DNA of 64,000 bases. Source: Moniliella sp. 'wahieum'. Its lineage: Eukaryota. The stretch covers positions 1 through 64,000 of the forward strand of contig RSEE01000020.1 in NCBI GenBank assembly GCA_003971905.1, in the 5' to 3' direction. How positions within the stretch are numbered: position 1 is the first letter of the stretch; every line of letters begins with the position of its first letter. The position numbers were made by a program, and so were the translations under genes. The notes beneath the pieces were generated by a model. It worked only from the letters and a program-made list of their open reading frames with translations. It was not told the origin of the DNA and did not search any database. Positions 12,400 through 24,660 of the stretch are shown here, in pieces.

Positions 12400-14812
12400 C
12401 CATTAATGTACATATAATACACGCACCAGAGCGTGGAGCCCTCTGGAGGTGTGCGGCTCTCACCGTTCCATTGGAACCAAGCAGCGTTGTGGACGCTCTC
12501 GGAGCCTACACAGCTGAATCCCCACCGCCTGATAGTACCATAGTGTATTGTTGCCGCCCCTGGTTCGGTGGCTGCGCCGCTTCTCCACATGTCCTTGCTC
12601 GCGCTACAGGCCCATGTGCTCAAGAGCCTGCTGCCTCCAGTCCCACTGCACCAACGAGATGATCCTGCCCGTGGCGTCGCGCAGGCCCACCCCTGCCTTG
12701 GTGGGAGTCAAGTGCAACGTCGGCGCACCCCTTTCGATTGGCGGCAAGGCGGCCCAGGCAGCCATGCCCTGCGACCCCGCTCCCTTTCCCACCTCCAACT
12801 CGGTCGCACACAGGGGGCCAGTGCGGGCCCAGTGGACCAAGACGGCCAGGTCCCATGGCAGTTGCCTTTGTGAGTGGCGGTAGCACGCACCGTCTGCCCC
12901 GCGAAGCAGAAGCAGGTTCCCCTCGCATTCGGCCCAATGCGTGTCGCCCCGTTGGATTTGACCATGCGGGTTGATAAAGTAGCCGTGGCTGACCCCCGTG
13001 GTGAATCCATCGATCCGCACCAGCTCGCATTGCGCCGATGCATGTTGAAAAAGGCATTGTAGTGTCGGAAGAGAACGAGGCAGCCTTTGCGGTACTGGAT
13101 GACCAGCGTCTCTGTCGTGCTGTCAACATGGATCCGATCAAAGCACAAGTTGGAAAGGGTGTCATCCTGTCCTATCACTCGTTAGCCCTGCCGCCCACCA
13201 TATGAAAACCAAAGGCAGGCAATCGGCTCACCATATCCTCATCCCACCTCTGGCACGATACTTGCATGGATCCATCTAGGGACGATGGGCCTGCAAATGT
13301 GACACGGCGCGCATAGGCTTCACTCCGGTGGGTGTGCCTTCCGGTGACAAGAGTCCCATGTGCATACTCCAAACCGCAGTTCCAGTGGCGGCCGAAACGG
13401 CGCGAATGTCCAGCTGGTCATGCCCCTGATGCACGAAAGGAACCGACACGAAAAAGAACGAGCCGTCAAACGCGACGCTCTCTCGTAACACACCCAGTCA
13501 GCCAGGTGATGGTCATAGTCATCCCTGTAGAACAATTCCGGCCAGACGCAAAACATGCACACACAATGTCAGAAAACACATCCGAACAGAGTGCAGCGAG
13601 AGTAGGGTGCAGATAGGTCTCCGCTAAGGAAAGAGAAAAGACGGGTTCGTACCGTTGGGCAGCTAAGGATATGCTTCGAAATGGCTGGGGTCCCAATAAC
13701 CCACCTGTTGCTTGTCTGAGGAGATGTTGAATATGGTAAATTTACCTTCGTCTTGAGAATTGACCGTGAAAAGGCTAACAGGACAATTGAAGGTCAAGCC
13801 GGTGTATAAGGCGGGTTAATATATCGGTACAGACAACAAAGCGCTGGAAACGAAAACTCATACCTGGATAGGAGGGGTGGAGCAAAAAGTCGGGCATTAG
13901 TAGCACATGGAACCGTGCACAGTTGTTTCAAGTGTCCTGAACGAGGAGGGTGCCCAAGCTTGGACGGAGGTATACTCGCTTCTGTTTGGAAGACGTAGGC
14001 TGGTTGCCCGCGACCATCAGCACACATGCAGATTTTTAGGAACAAACATTAATACCAATCATCAGACGCCCCTTCAAAAACATTTTGCCGGGAAAAGGGG
14101 GGAAAGGATCGTCATTACTCACATAGATGTTCAGAAAGGACACTCACAACTATGTTCCCCCACAGGCAAACGTATCGAGGGGTAAATTTGGTATTGGGGC
14201 AGTTGCGATTCTGATGTGCCCTCCATTGTCGAGTCGTATATGCTGTAAGCCAATCCCGCTCCTCAACCACCGATGGGGGGGCAAGAATGGTACCGTCAGG
14301 AAACTCAGTGACAAAGTCATTCTGAAGCGGCGTCATAGGTGGGGCCCCACTTCCAACGACAGTGTGGGGACGTTCGCGCGGATGGCAAAACGGAATGGTG
14401 CCAGAATCCGTTCCAACGCCAAGTTGCCGCGCCATAAGGTGATGGAACACTACCAGCCGGTCCCACGATTTGGGAGAATTGTGCACAGCCGGGGGTCCCA
14501 GGTATGAATGTCAAGGTCAGGCAGTTGCATTGGCGATTCTTCGGTGGATGGTGTACCCAGGTGCCACCGCCGAGCCAAGCGATGCCAAAGCGCGGGACAA
14601 GTGAGACGGCATGCCAGGCTGTTGAACATATGGCATGCGCGTATAGGATGAAAACTGTCAGCGGGCAAGTAATAAGAGAAAAAAACGATACAGGAACAAA
14701 GAGAAGAGAGGAGACGACGCACCACGACATGTGCGGCCGAGGCGCACAATCTCAGCGGGTGCCAACACACCCGATGCCGCGATTTCCAGGCGCAGTTCAA
14801 AGGCAGCAGCAT
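12400..14812 (-). CDS. F-box domain hypothetical protein (spliced, frameshifted)
   Basis: ATG at 14812 reads MLLP, then after a one-base shift ELRLEIAASGVLAPAEIVRLGRTCR, intron GTGCGT...CAG (~14722-14617), then AWHAVS, matching the F-box pattern LPxE..I...L...+.RxCRxW. Protein-like ORF pieces continue to ~12400. 3' end approximate. Confidence 0.55.
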
Positions 14813-16029
14813 ATGATGGAGATGAAGCAGGACGAACTGGCGGCAAATGCGCGAGGTTGGTGGCAGCACGCACGAACCACACGGCCGTCGGACGACCGAG
14901 GCTGTCAAAATGCATATAAATATGCCGATGTAACGCCACTCTGTTCGCTCTCTTCGAACCGGAGATCCACGCCCCCCAACACTAAATCCATCGATCAGAG
15001 ACATACATATCTTGTGCGATAATCGCCGATAATTGATAACACTGCGGATTTACCCCGCATCCGCAGTAACAAAAACCCCCAATAGGCTCCTTAGCTTTGT
15101 ATTCCTCCCTCGTGTGCACCTCAACATATACAAACGTCAATTAGCGCTGATACTCTGATCCGCTGACGCGGGAAGCTGACTGAAGGAGGTAGATCTCCGG
15201 ACTCAGGGTAGGTACAGGAGGCTATCGCACGTTTGGGCTATATTGTGGGCCGAAGCTCATCTCCCTGACAGTGACCTATTTAGCGCCATAATTGAGGCAT
15301 TGGGGGGACCGTTGAGATGACTGCACAGTGGAGTTTTGCAGTTGTTGTGTGATATACTATGACTGTGTGTAGTTCTGCAGCTGTGGGACATACTATTGCC
15401 TTTGACTCCTCTACATAGTTTGGAAAACAACGAGACAGACGCTAAACAGAGCGTTTTCTTTTTGGTTATCTTCCTTCACCCTCTCCCGCTCTTTCGAGTC
15501 GTCCTTGTTTTTGTCAGCTATAAGCTCTGCTACAGCACTCTGTTTTGTGGTGGATACACTCTTCCTCCATTGATTATTCGTTTCCCGCATCTCCTTTTTC
15601 TCCTTAGTAGTTGTGTCTCGTCTTCGAGTATGACAAGCATCACACACTTACTATTATGCGTACCACACAAAAGTGTAGAATAGCTCTCGTGCCAGGATAA
15701 GAGTCTCTCCAATATACATTCTCAACATCCACAATTCACATATATAGTACACCTAGATAATTCCATCCCTCGTGCGTGATGCACGCACAAATGGCTTCGC
15801 TCTGGTATCAGCCAAAGGCTAAGGCCGAGGTTCCATCATAGGGAGGAGAGTTAAAGATCTGCCAGAAAGATATACCTACTCCACACCGCATCAGAATGTT
15901 GCACGCCGGCTAGCATTGTGTTATTCCGAGGCAAGAGAGAAATGATGGACGAGGGCTCGTTAAATGAGAAAAGGGTGTGTGTGTCCTTGGCCTTAATTCG
16001 GGTGACTATAGGCCCAGCTTTCATTCCCT

Positions 16030-19000
16030 CTAGCACTGAATGGGCCCAAAATGAGAATCAAACCAGCCGTCCATGTCCTGCCAGTATCCTTCGGAACGAA
16101 CAAAGTATTTCCGCACCATAGTCGGGGTACCTCGTCCGGCCAAAGGTAGTTTAGAACGGAAAGGCGAGGAGGGAGTTGGAGTGCGGACAGGTGGTAAAGG
16201 CGACCGTTTTCCTGATGCGTAAGGCGACCTTTTTCCTGATGGGTAAGGAGATCGCTTTCCTGATGGCTGCGGGGAGGGTGCGGGAGATACTGGCCTTCTC
16301 CTTTGTTGCAACAGAAGCACTTTGGTCAAAACAGCCTGGGACCCAATGGCGTATTTAGTTTGAGCCTCTGTGCCCGCCTTGAGCGGGTCGAGAGAAAAGT
16401 GGCTGGCCCTTCTTTAGTGGAGCGTCGAGCCGAGCGAGGGGAACCTTGCGTTCATTCGCCGCCTTGGCCACGGCTACCTCCAAATCATCCATCTTGTTGG
16501 CCACGTATGGAGCCCACGCCCAATCACCCTGTTCCGTGAAGCCACCAGAGGAGCGATAGGCCTCGCCTACTCCCCACCCCACGGCTGGAGCATGACGGTC
16601 GCCTCTTGGATGCGTGTTGGCCGCCTGCAAAGGGGAGACACTTGCCCCTCCCTTTTGCCTCATCCCTGTTCTTGGCGTCGCGGACCCGCCCACTGTACGC
16701 CCCAATCCGGACCAGACTCGTCCCAGAGCGCGTATGGCCGGGGGAGGTCGGGAATCCATCGCTGAGGACGACCTGCCTTTGACGAGAGAGTGCCGGTTGC
16801 GTGTATAGGTAGGAGAGAGCAAGTTGTTAGCTTCATCTCTGGAGACAAGGCTGGTCCAGGAGATCGGGATGGAGGGGTCTTGAGTGGGTCCATAACTGTG
16901 GTAGGCTGGACCAAGTTCGGGGTGGCACGGGTGGAAGCCGTCACCAGTCGAAGCGGTACATTTCGTTCCCCTTTGAAACGGCAGTAGGGCTCGAAGCCGA
17001 GCTACCTCCTCCCTTTTCATGCGAACGGTGCGAAAAAATTCGGCTTGCCTTCTTTTCCTCATTCGATTGAGAACGGAATGGTGCTCGTGAGGTACCAGGA
17101 GCTGCAATTGGGGATCCGAGTTTGTTTGCCAATGGTTTCGGCTGAGGGGGATATGAACAGTTGATGCACGGAGCAGCGGAATGCGGCTGGCATGAAATGG
17201 AATTCGCGACAACAGTGTTCGGCTTGCTGGTGTTGCTGGATCAAGAGTAGGGGAGGTGCTTCCATCGGAATGGGATCCCTTCATAGAAGAGGCAGCATGT
17301 GAAGGAAACCGTGATGTCAGTCTCCATGAAAAAGAGGAGGCCACAGCAGGTTGTGGAGACGTGTCCTGCTGCGGCAGTGAAGGTAGGGCAGGTTGGTCCG
17401 AGGCAGCGCACTTCACTGAAGTGCGCGATGGAGTATCCTCCTCCACCACTCCGGCAGTCCAAGAAGGGACGATCCCTGGGATGAGAGAGGAACCGACCGA
17501 GCCGGTGATGGGGCTAGTGCTCGTAATACTGGCGACCGCGGAGTGCCTAGTGGCTTGCCACGGGACCAGAAAAGAAGCGCTGCTTGGGTGGCTCGGGTGT
17601 GTCGGACGACTGGCCGACGGCTGAGGGGTCTGAGTGCGAGGCGTATCCCAATAATGAGGGGGGGAGGCATAGGAGAGGTCAAAAATATTGGACCTGTAGA
17701 TACCGAGGAATGGACGAGGCAAGCGAACGCAAGCTGCTGTTGAACTCGCCTAGTTGTGCGCGTAAAGTCGTTGATCCGCACCATCAACGCCCCTTTCCGC
17801 TGCTCTATATCCTGCATCCCCGCAATCAAACGGCCATGAGGCGCATGCTGGATCACCACTGCCAAGGAAGCCTGAGCTCGATCCAAGGCAGAAAGATAGT
17901 ACTCTTTGCGAGAGGTCCAAGTCTGAACAGCCTTCGCAAGCTCTTTCTCAGCCTCGACCATACTTATCCCGACGTCGCTTGATGTAGAAGGATCCTTGAG
18001 AGCGGATTGAGCTTGAGTTAGTGCCTGCTCTGCTGTGGACATAACAGTCTCCAGAGTGGTGCAAAGGTTGGCTGCATGCTCGGGCACTAAATCAGGAGTA
18101 CTTAGGTCTGCCGCCGCCTCGTTCCGGGCAGCGACGACTTGCACCTCGACCTGTTTCCATTCACGTTCGAGTGTCTGGAATTGTAGCGTGATCCACTTAG
18201 ACAGAGGATCGTGCTGGCCGATGCGCCGTCTCGTCCAATTGCTGGCGAGGTGGAGGAGGACGGTTGGATATTCTGAGGCGCCCGCAGGTCCGGGGCAGCG
18301 ATAGAAAGGGGGAAATGAGGGCATGGATCAGCTCGTCGTCAAAACTGCCCGATGTCACCCCAGTACTCATAGTGTGTTAGCGGAGGTAAAACTGGAAATA
18401 CTGCCGGCAGAGTGGTGGAGCCGTTGATGTCGCTCTAAATTGGGAAATGGTTTTCCCCCTACGCCCCCTTGCCTGAGACCCAATAAGTGGACGCCGTTTT
18501 CGGAAAACATTAGCCCGTGATTTGCATCTTGCTTTTCCAGCTCTGCAACGGCCGCCATGGCCTTGTTGCCACATTGATTTGCCAGATCCAAGGCATGGTC
18601 TAGCATCGCTGGTCCTCTGCATCAGCGGTTCCTGATGGGGACAATGTTCCCTCATCTTCCTTGGCCGCGTGACGACGCTCGTGGAAAATAAACAGGGCAA
18701 CACGAACGGCATCGATGGCAGCGCTCCAGGAGAGGAAAGCCGATATACAGGGATTGGTGGGGCTGAGGTCGGTGGTGGGGGGGGGGTAGGAGGTGGTTGA
18801 GGAAGGTTGAGGGGGCTAAGGTGGGAGTGGGGACAGGCTGGGGAGGGTCGTTCCTGGTGGGAAGCACGTCAGGGCAGTTGATCGAGAGCAGGTGTGAACA
18901 GAGAAAAGGGCAGGCGAAAGTGAGGAAGAAGACCCATCGTGGGCCTGCATGCTCAAATCAATGGCATTCTGAGCGTGGGATGCGCTCGGCAAGAAGGACA

Positions 19001-19300
19001 TTGGCATGCCGGGCGGAGGCGGAGGGCTGGAACTGGGGTTGGGACTGGGGCTGGAGAGGGGCGAAACGTCGTCGGAGGCGGCTATATTTGTGTTGGGCAG
19101 ACGGAGGCGGAGGATGGCGCGTGCCCGCGCGCGTGCGCTGGCCAGTGCGGCTGCACGGGGCGATGAAACGGCGGGCGGTGGGGAGAGGAGGCTCAGGGGA
19201 GAAGATGCGCGGGGGGTGGCTCGTGCTGCTGATGGAGGGCATTGGATGGAGCGGGGAAATGTGGGCAAAAGGGAAAAGGAGGGAGCACGAGTCGGGCAAT
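16030..19300 (-). CDS. Kar9-like helical protein with SxIP motifs and a C-terminal GAS2/GAR-like domain (frameshifted)
   Basis: Helical ORF 17413-18324 (LQFQTLEREWKQVE...WTSRKEYYLSALDRA) resembles the Kar9 family; SRIP twice near 17178-17210; C-terminal YVANKMDDLEVAVAKAAN...KYAIG...KVLLL...VRSEGYWQDMDGWF resembles GAR. Start uncertain. Confidence 0.6.
16196..16268 (-). repeat. 24-bp coding tandem repeat x3 encoding (P/A)SGKRSP(Y/L)
   Basis: Translation PSGKRSPYPSGKRSPYASGKRSPL in ORF 16030-16329. Confidence 0.85.
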
Positions 19301-19858
19301 AGGCTCTCGATGGTGCCCACTTAGGAACATGACTTATCCATCGTGCGCGTGATGTGTGCCAGATGCTCTCCTTCCTCCTCTGTACGAACCCCGCGTGGTA
19401 ATTATTAGCTCCACCAGCCCAGCTACTTACCCCTCATTGCGCCACTGTGAAAGTTTCCACTTTTCTCGCCCCTCGCCGTCCCTCTCTCCTTGTGAATTCA
19501 AAGAATTTGCAGGGCTTCAACCACCACCGAGACCATAACTACTAGAACCGCTTCTATGACTTGCTCATCGATCATGATCGAGCTCGGCTCCGCTGTGTGT
19601 GTGGTACTAATAGCTACGACTCTATGGGTGCAACATCAAAATATTGAGTCGAAGCGTATTGGCCCTATTAGGGAGAGAGAAAAGACAGCAGGAGATAAAA
19701 GCGAACACGCCGGCCCGAGAGCACAAGGGATGGCGCACGTGCGAGTCCAATTAAAGTTTAAGGTGACCTGGTGCCCGCGTACTACCAGAGGTCCCGTTCA
19801 GGAAGCCATCATCTTTTCACGTCACAAAACATCACAGATACCCCCGCCGATGAGAGAT

Positions 19859-22800
19859 CTACCACGCCGCCTTGGCTACCCAACTGCGCGGGAAGCAGCG
19901 CACCAGCAACTTGCGGCATTCGTCCATCACGATCACCCCCAGCGCCAGAGGAATGGGGATGAACCAGAAGCGGATGGGAACAGGTGCAGTACCAAGGTGG
20001 TTTGGAACCAATTCACCTCAGTCACCAGAATTGCAATCCCAATGGATACCAGTGGACCGAGCAGCACCGATAGGTTGCGGCGCTTCTTGTTAAAGATCGG
20101 GTCGGACTGGAGTAGCGACATGCGTTTGGACCGAACCGAGAGTAGGTTGCCGATCTGCATGATGACCAGCGTGACGAAAAAGATCGACTCGCCAACGTTG
20201 GTAAAGTTGGTGATCTCTTCGGCCGTGTAGCCATGGAAGCCGTCACCCCAATTTTCATACAAAAAGAACAGGTCCCCGATGTTGAAGCCTCCGTCTTGCT
20301 TAAGGTACAAAAAGAACATGCCCATCGCGCTCAGCATTTCCATCATACCCACAAACCCATATGCCTGACCATACAGCTTAAAGTTGACGAGATGTTCCTG
20401 TTTCTTCCGGGGTGGCAGCGATAGCAGATCAAACTCCTCCTTCTCAAAGATCATGCAGAGCGAGCAAGCCAAATCGGTGAGAAGGCAGATGACGATCATC
20501 TGGAATGACGACAGGGGAAGCTGGAGAATAAATACTGCGAGTCAGGATCATGTCAAAGGCAGCAAGGATACCCTAGGAGGGATGCTGGTGGGGACGTACT
20601 GGGACACCAAAGAAAACATTGGCAATGATTGGTATGTCTTCCGAAAAGGACCCAGCCGGAAGAAGGTAACAAATGACCTTCTGCAAATTCTGGAACACCA
20701 GCCGCCCCAGACGCATTCCTTCAATGATAGACGAAAAGTCACCGAGCAGAACGAGGTCGGCCGCCGCCAAGGCCACATCCGAACCGGACACCATCGCGAT
20801 GCCTACGTCGGCAGCGCGGAGAGCGGGAGAATCGTTTGTACCATCGCCAGTCATGGCACAGATGTACTTGCGCTGCTGGAACTCTGAAAGGATGGCCAGC
20901 TTTTGCTCTGGCGTCGTCCGAGCAAAGACGACTTCTTCGCAGCGGCAAATAACATCCCACTGCTGTTGTGTGATGAGTGGAATCTCTTTTCCCTCAATGG
21001 CTAAGGCAAAAGGGGGCTCCGCCTCCGAATCATGCGGTACCTCTGCCACCCGAGCAACCCTTTCACTTGATGTAAAGATACCACACATCTCAGCAATCGC
21101 CGCCGCTGTGGTGATAAAATCACCAGTCACCATAAAGAAGCGGCAGCCCGAGCGGCGACAGTCTTCAACGGTCTTCCGGATCTCAGGCTTCGGTGGGTCG
21201 ACAATCCCAACCAGGCCCAAACACTCCAAGTCAGTCATGGTGCGCGTCTCTTCTTCCGTCGGCCACCATTGGGTCGGATCGGCTTTAGACGCAATGGGCA
21301 AGCGCGAAGCGACGAGAATTACCCGTTGCCCTTGGGCTGACATGTTCTTGTGCTTCCATCACCGCTTTGCGCTGGTGCTCGGGCATGGAACACTTGGCCA
21401 GCAGAATGTCCGGAGCACCCTTGAAAAGGACGGTGCGTGCCCGAGCTGGCGAGGAAATCTGCTGTTGACAGGCGGTCATCATGAACTTATTGGTCGAGTT
21501 GAAGGGAAGAACAAAGACACGCTCATAGGCAGCCAGGGTGCTCTCGTATGTCGCGCTGTTCGCCACATAGTTGAGCACTGCCACATCCGTCGCGTTACCC
21601 CGCGCGATTCCGTGTTCGAGATGAGGTTCCCCGTTCGTACTCGACTCGTCGTCCAACTTATCCTTCTCAGCCTCCATCGACTTGGTCTCCGATACCGCTA
21701 CTACCCCTTCGCTCGCTTCAAAGAATGCGTCGTTGCACAGAACCAGGGCACGTTCAAAGTGTTGGTAGGGGGGCTCAGTCCGGGCCTTCTGCAGAGCGCC
21801 CTCAGAATCTTGCACTTTCCCGTCGCAGTAGACAGTGGTAACGGTCATCTTGTTGGCAGTCAGGGTGCCAGTCTTGTCTGACAAAAGCACATTACCGTTC
21901 CCAGTGTCTCGACCGTTGCCAGCGATTTGGGAAGCACATCTGCATCCCGCATCCTTCGCGCCACCAAAGAAAGAGTCGAAGTCACCGCCATTGGCATTCC
22001 CTCTGGAATAAAAGACACAACGACGACTTTACAGAGGAAGAGAGCCGAAACGAATATGGTAAAGTCAGTTTTTGCAAAACATATGCATTTCTTCCCAAAA
22101 GGGAAGGGAGTCTCATGACGTACCATAAGGTTGACAATGATGCCCGAAGTGCTAAGGAAGCCCTTGTGGTGCTTGCGCAAGTAAGCAAGCCAAAAGATCA
22201 ACATGGAAAGGATGAGCCCAATGGTGAGGGTCACAATAATGAAGAAGCGATTTACTTCTTTCTTTTGGAGGTTGGTCGTCTTCTCCTTGCCCGTGTTGGT
22301 CAGCCGGTTGATCCGTCCCATCACCGTTTTGGGGCCGGTGAGAAGCACGAGCCCAATGCCAGAGCCGGCAGTGACATACGATCCGAGAAAGGCAACCGCT
22401 TTCGACTCGAGAAAGTTTTCTCGGTAGCATCCAGTTCCGCCGACACTTCCTCAGATTCACCCTCAGAATGGACCGATCAAAGGCCAAGTCGTTTGAGCCC
22501 GAGACAAGACGAATGTCGGCCGGAACACGTGCCCCCTGGGTCAAACCACCACATCGCCCATCACCAAGTCGGCAGCGGGAACGGTAATCTTTTTGCCGTC
22601 GCGCAACACCACTGCATCCGAGGGGAGTAATCCCATAATGAGTTCATTACGCGAGTGGTGGACCAGTCTTGGGCAGCGTTGAAGAGACCTTGAAGGACAA
22701 CGACAATCAAGATGAGAATCGCAAGGGCTAGGTTGTAGGCCTGGGGGTCCGGATTCCCCAGCGGCTTGTAACTGACCCCCAACAATATGACAGCGAGCGA

Positions 22801-23443
22801 GAGGATGGCTCCAAACCCACCAAAGAACCAAAAGAACAGCTTGATGAAGTAGTTTTGGTTTCTTGACTTGAACACATTGGGGCCATCCTTGCCCAGTCGT
22901 TCCTGCGCTTCAACCGCGCTGAGCCCCGTGGCGAGATTGACTTTCAGCTTGGCTGCTACGTCCGTTGCCGGGGTGAGGTGGTAGGACAGTTTAGAAAAGT
23001 AATCGGCATCGAGCAGCAGGGTCTTTTTGGTAGCTTTTCTTTCTTCCTGCGGGACAAACAGGAAGGCCAAGCTTGGCAGAAAGACCTTCTGAATGGTCTT
23101 GATGCGGTGGTAGTCCTTGTGCTGGATGTCGCCGACTTGGATGGAGAGGGTGTGAAACTCGGTGGGCAACAGTGCGCCTTCGCGCATCTGCACCGATCGG
23201 ACAGACTGAATGGTGTTGGTGCGTGAACCGAGTCCGGCCGGATGGGAGACGTGGGCAGGTACCGCGCTGTGTGGGGCGCCGTGCTGCGCCCATGGCATGG
23301 TCACGGGCACTGCGAGCAAAGGCAGCTGCCACCGAGTTGGAAGCTGAAAGACCATGGGCCAACGTCGGAAGCGCTGGCAGATCTTCGCCCGTTTCAGCGT
23401 CTGAAACTGTTGTGGCAGTGTGACGATGATCGTAGTCGCTCAT
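19859..23443 (-). CDS. P-type cation ATPase, Na+/K+-ATPase-like (fungal ACU-type); spliced, frameshifted
   Basis: DKTGTLT phosphorylation motif, FDRSIL(T)GES, FIPEGMP, KGAPDILL, DPPKPEI, MVTGD, VFARTTPEQK, MTGDGTNDSPAL; introns ~22122-22033 and ~20598-20522; ends DECRKLLVRCFPRSWVAKAAW-stop at 19859. Confidence 0.95.
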
Positions 23444-24469
23444 GTTGAGAAAGCGGCAGGACGAACGAATCCAAAGGAGAGAGGGCTGAGAGGGGAGAGG
23501 CGATATGGGGGAATGAGCTGGGGGATATATAGACGAGAGTGCTTGGGGAAGGCATATATATAAGGTGAATCCACATGCAACACAGGGTGTAGCCTCGTGC
23601 AGGGCTCTCGTTCTACTCTCCGTACAACTAAAAAGCAGAGGAAGGTGCATGCCTCCGTGTGTCGCAGTGACATCCTGCTATAGGGTATCCGCCCTCAACG
23701 TTCAACAGGGGGTGTGGGATCTTCGCCAGGTCCCAAACGATAGAGAGTGCTCCCCAAGCCACACCGCGCGGGTGGCCGTATCCAGGTGCTAGTGAACAGC
23801 ACATGTGTTAGTTGGGTCGCACAGAGCTCCGCAATAGCGTATTATTCTATCCGAAAGAGTGTCTCCTAAGCAATGTGGGGCCCCTTCTGTGTGCCTCCAC
23901 AAAAGTTGCGCTCTGTGTAGGTGCAGACACAGCCAGGTAGCCAATGTCACATGTATAGGCCAGAGGGAACCACTAATAGTGGACGAGGGCTAAGGGGAAA
24001 AAAGGTGTGTGTGCTGTGCGAGTTCGTCCGCAAATGAGGCACAGAGCACGCCGATGTAGAGGTGCCAATACTATGTTGATGATGATAACAAGATGGAACC
24101 TAGTACTCTCTGCCTTATTGGCTACTCTCTGCTTTATGGCACCAAGCGTGCAATTGAAATCTAGAGCACAAGGGAAGAGGAGTGGCTGCTCAATGATTTC
24201 GCAGCTAGTACGTTCCCTACACCGGTAAAAAGCCGATCTCAAGCTCCAATTGGCAGCCTTCTCGAGCTCATTGCGGCCAGTGTATTGCCCTCGGCCCACG
24301 CACGTGCCAGAGGCACACGCTGTTGGTCGCACCAAGGCGCTCGAACTGACTGTACTGATAATTCGCTGTGGGTTTTTTGAAGAGTATACTCCATGCGCGT
24401 CACGCGCGCACCCCACACCCACGCTATACCTAGGTGTTCAACTTGAACGTTTAATATAGTGTGGTTTCA

Positions 24470-24660
24470 GCGCGTGTCACATGTCCGTACTTCAAGCTTC
24501 AAGCTTCAGTACGTTCTCCTCAACGATGACGGTCATCGACCGCCTGCCACGTAAACGGCAGAACTGTGGGGGTAGCCATCAGTACCAGTGTACCTGAATA
24601 TTGCGAAAGTCGCCTAAGGCCTAAGGCCTAATGGCCACAGTCATTAATCATTAATCGTCA
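24470..24660. repeat. Mixed palindromic heptamer arrays (ACATGT, AAGCTT, AGGCCT, ATTAAT)
   Basis: tgtcacatgt ~24475; cttcaagcttcaagcttcag 24490-24509; gcctaaggcctaaggcctaa 24612-24631; cattaatcattaatc 24642-24656. Confidence 0.9.

Noticed and set aside
15340..15670. AT-richer segment with TGTGAT...ATCACA-like ends, possible solo LTR
   Set aside because: No target site duplication for any end pair I tried and no second copy in the window
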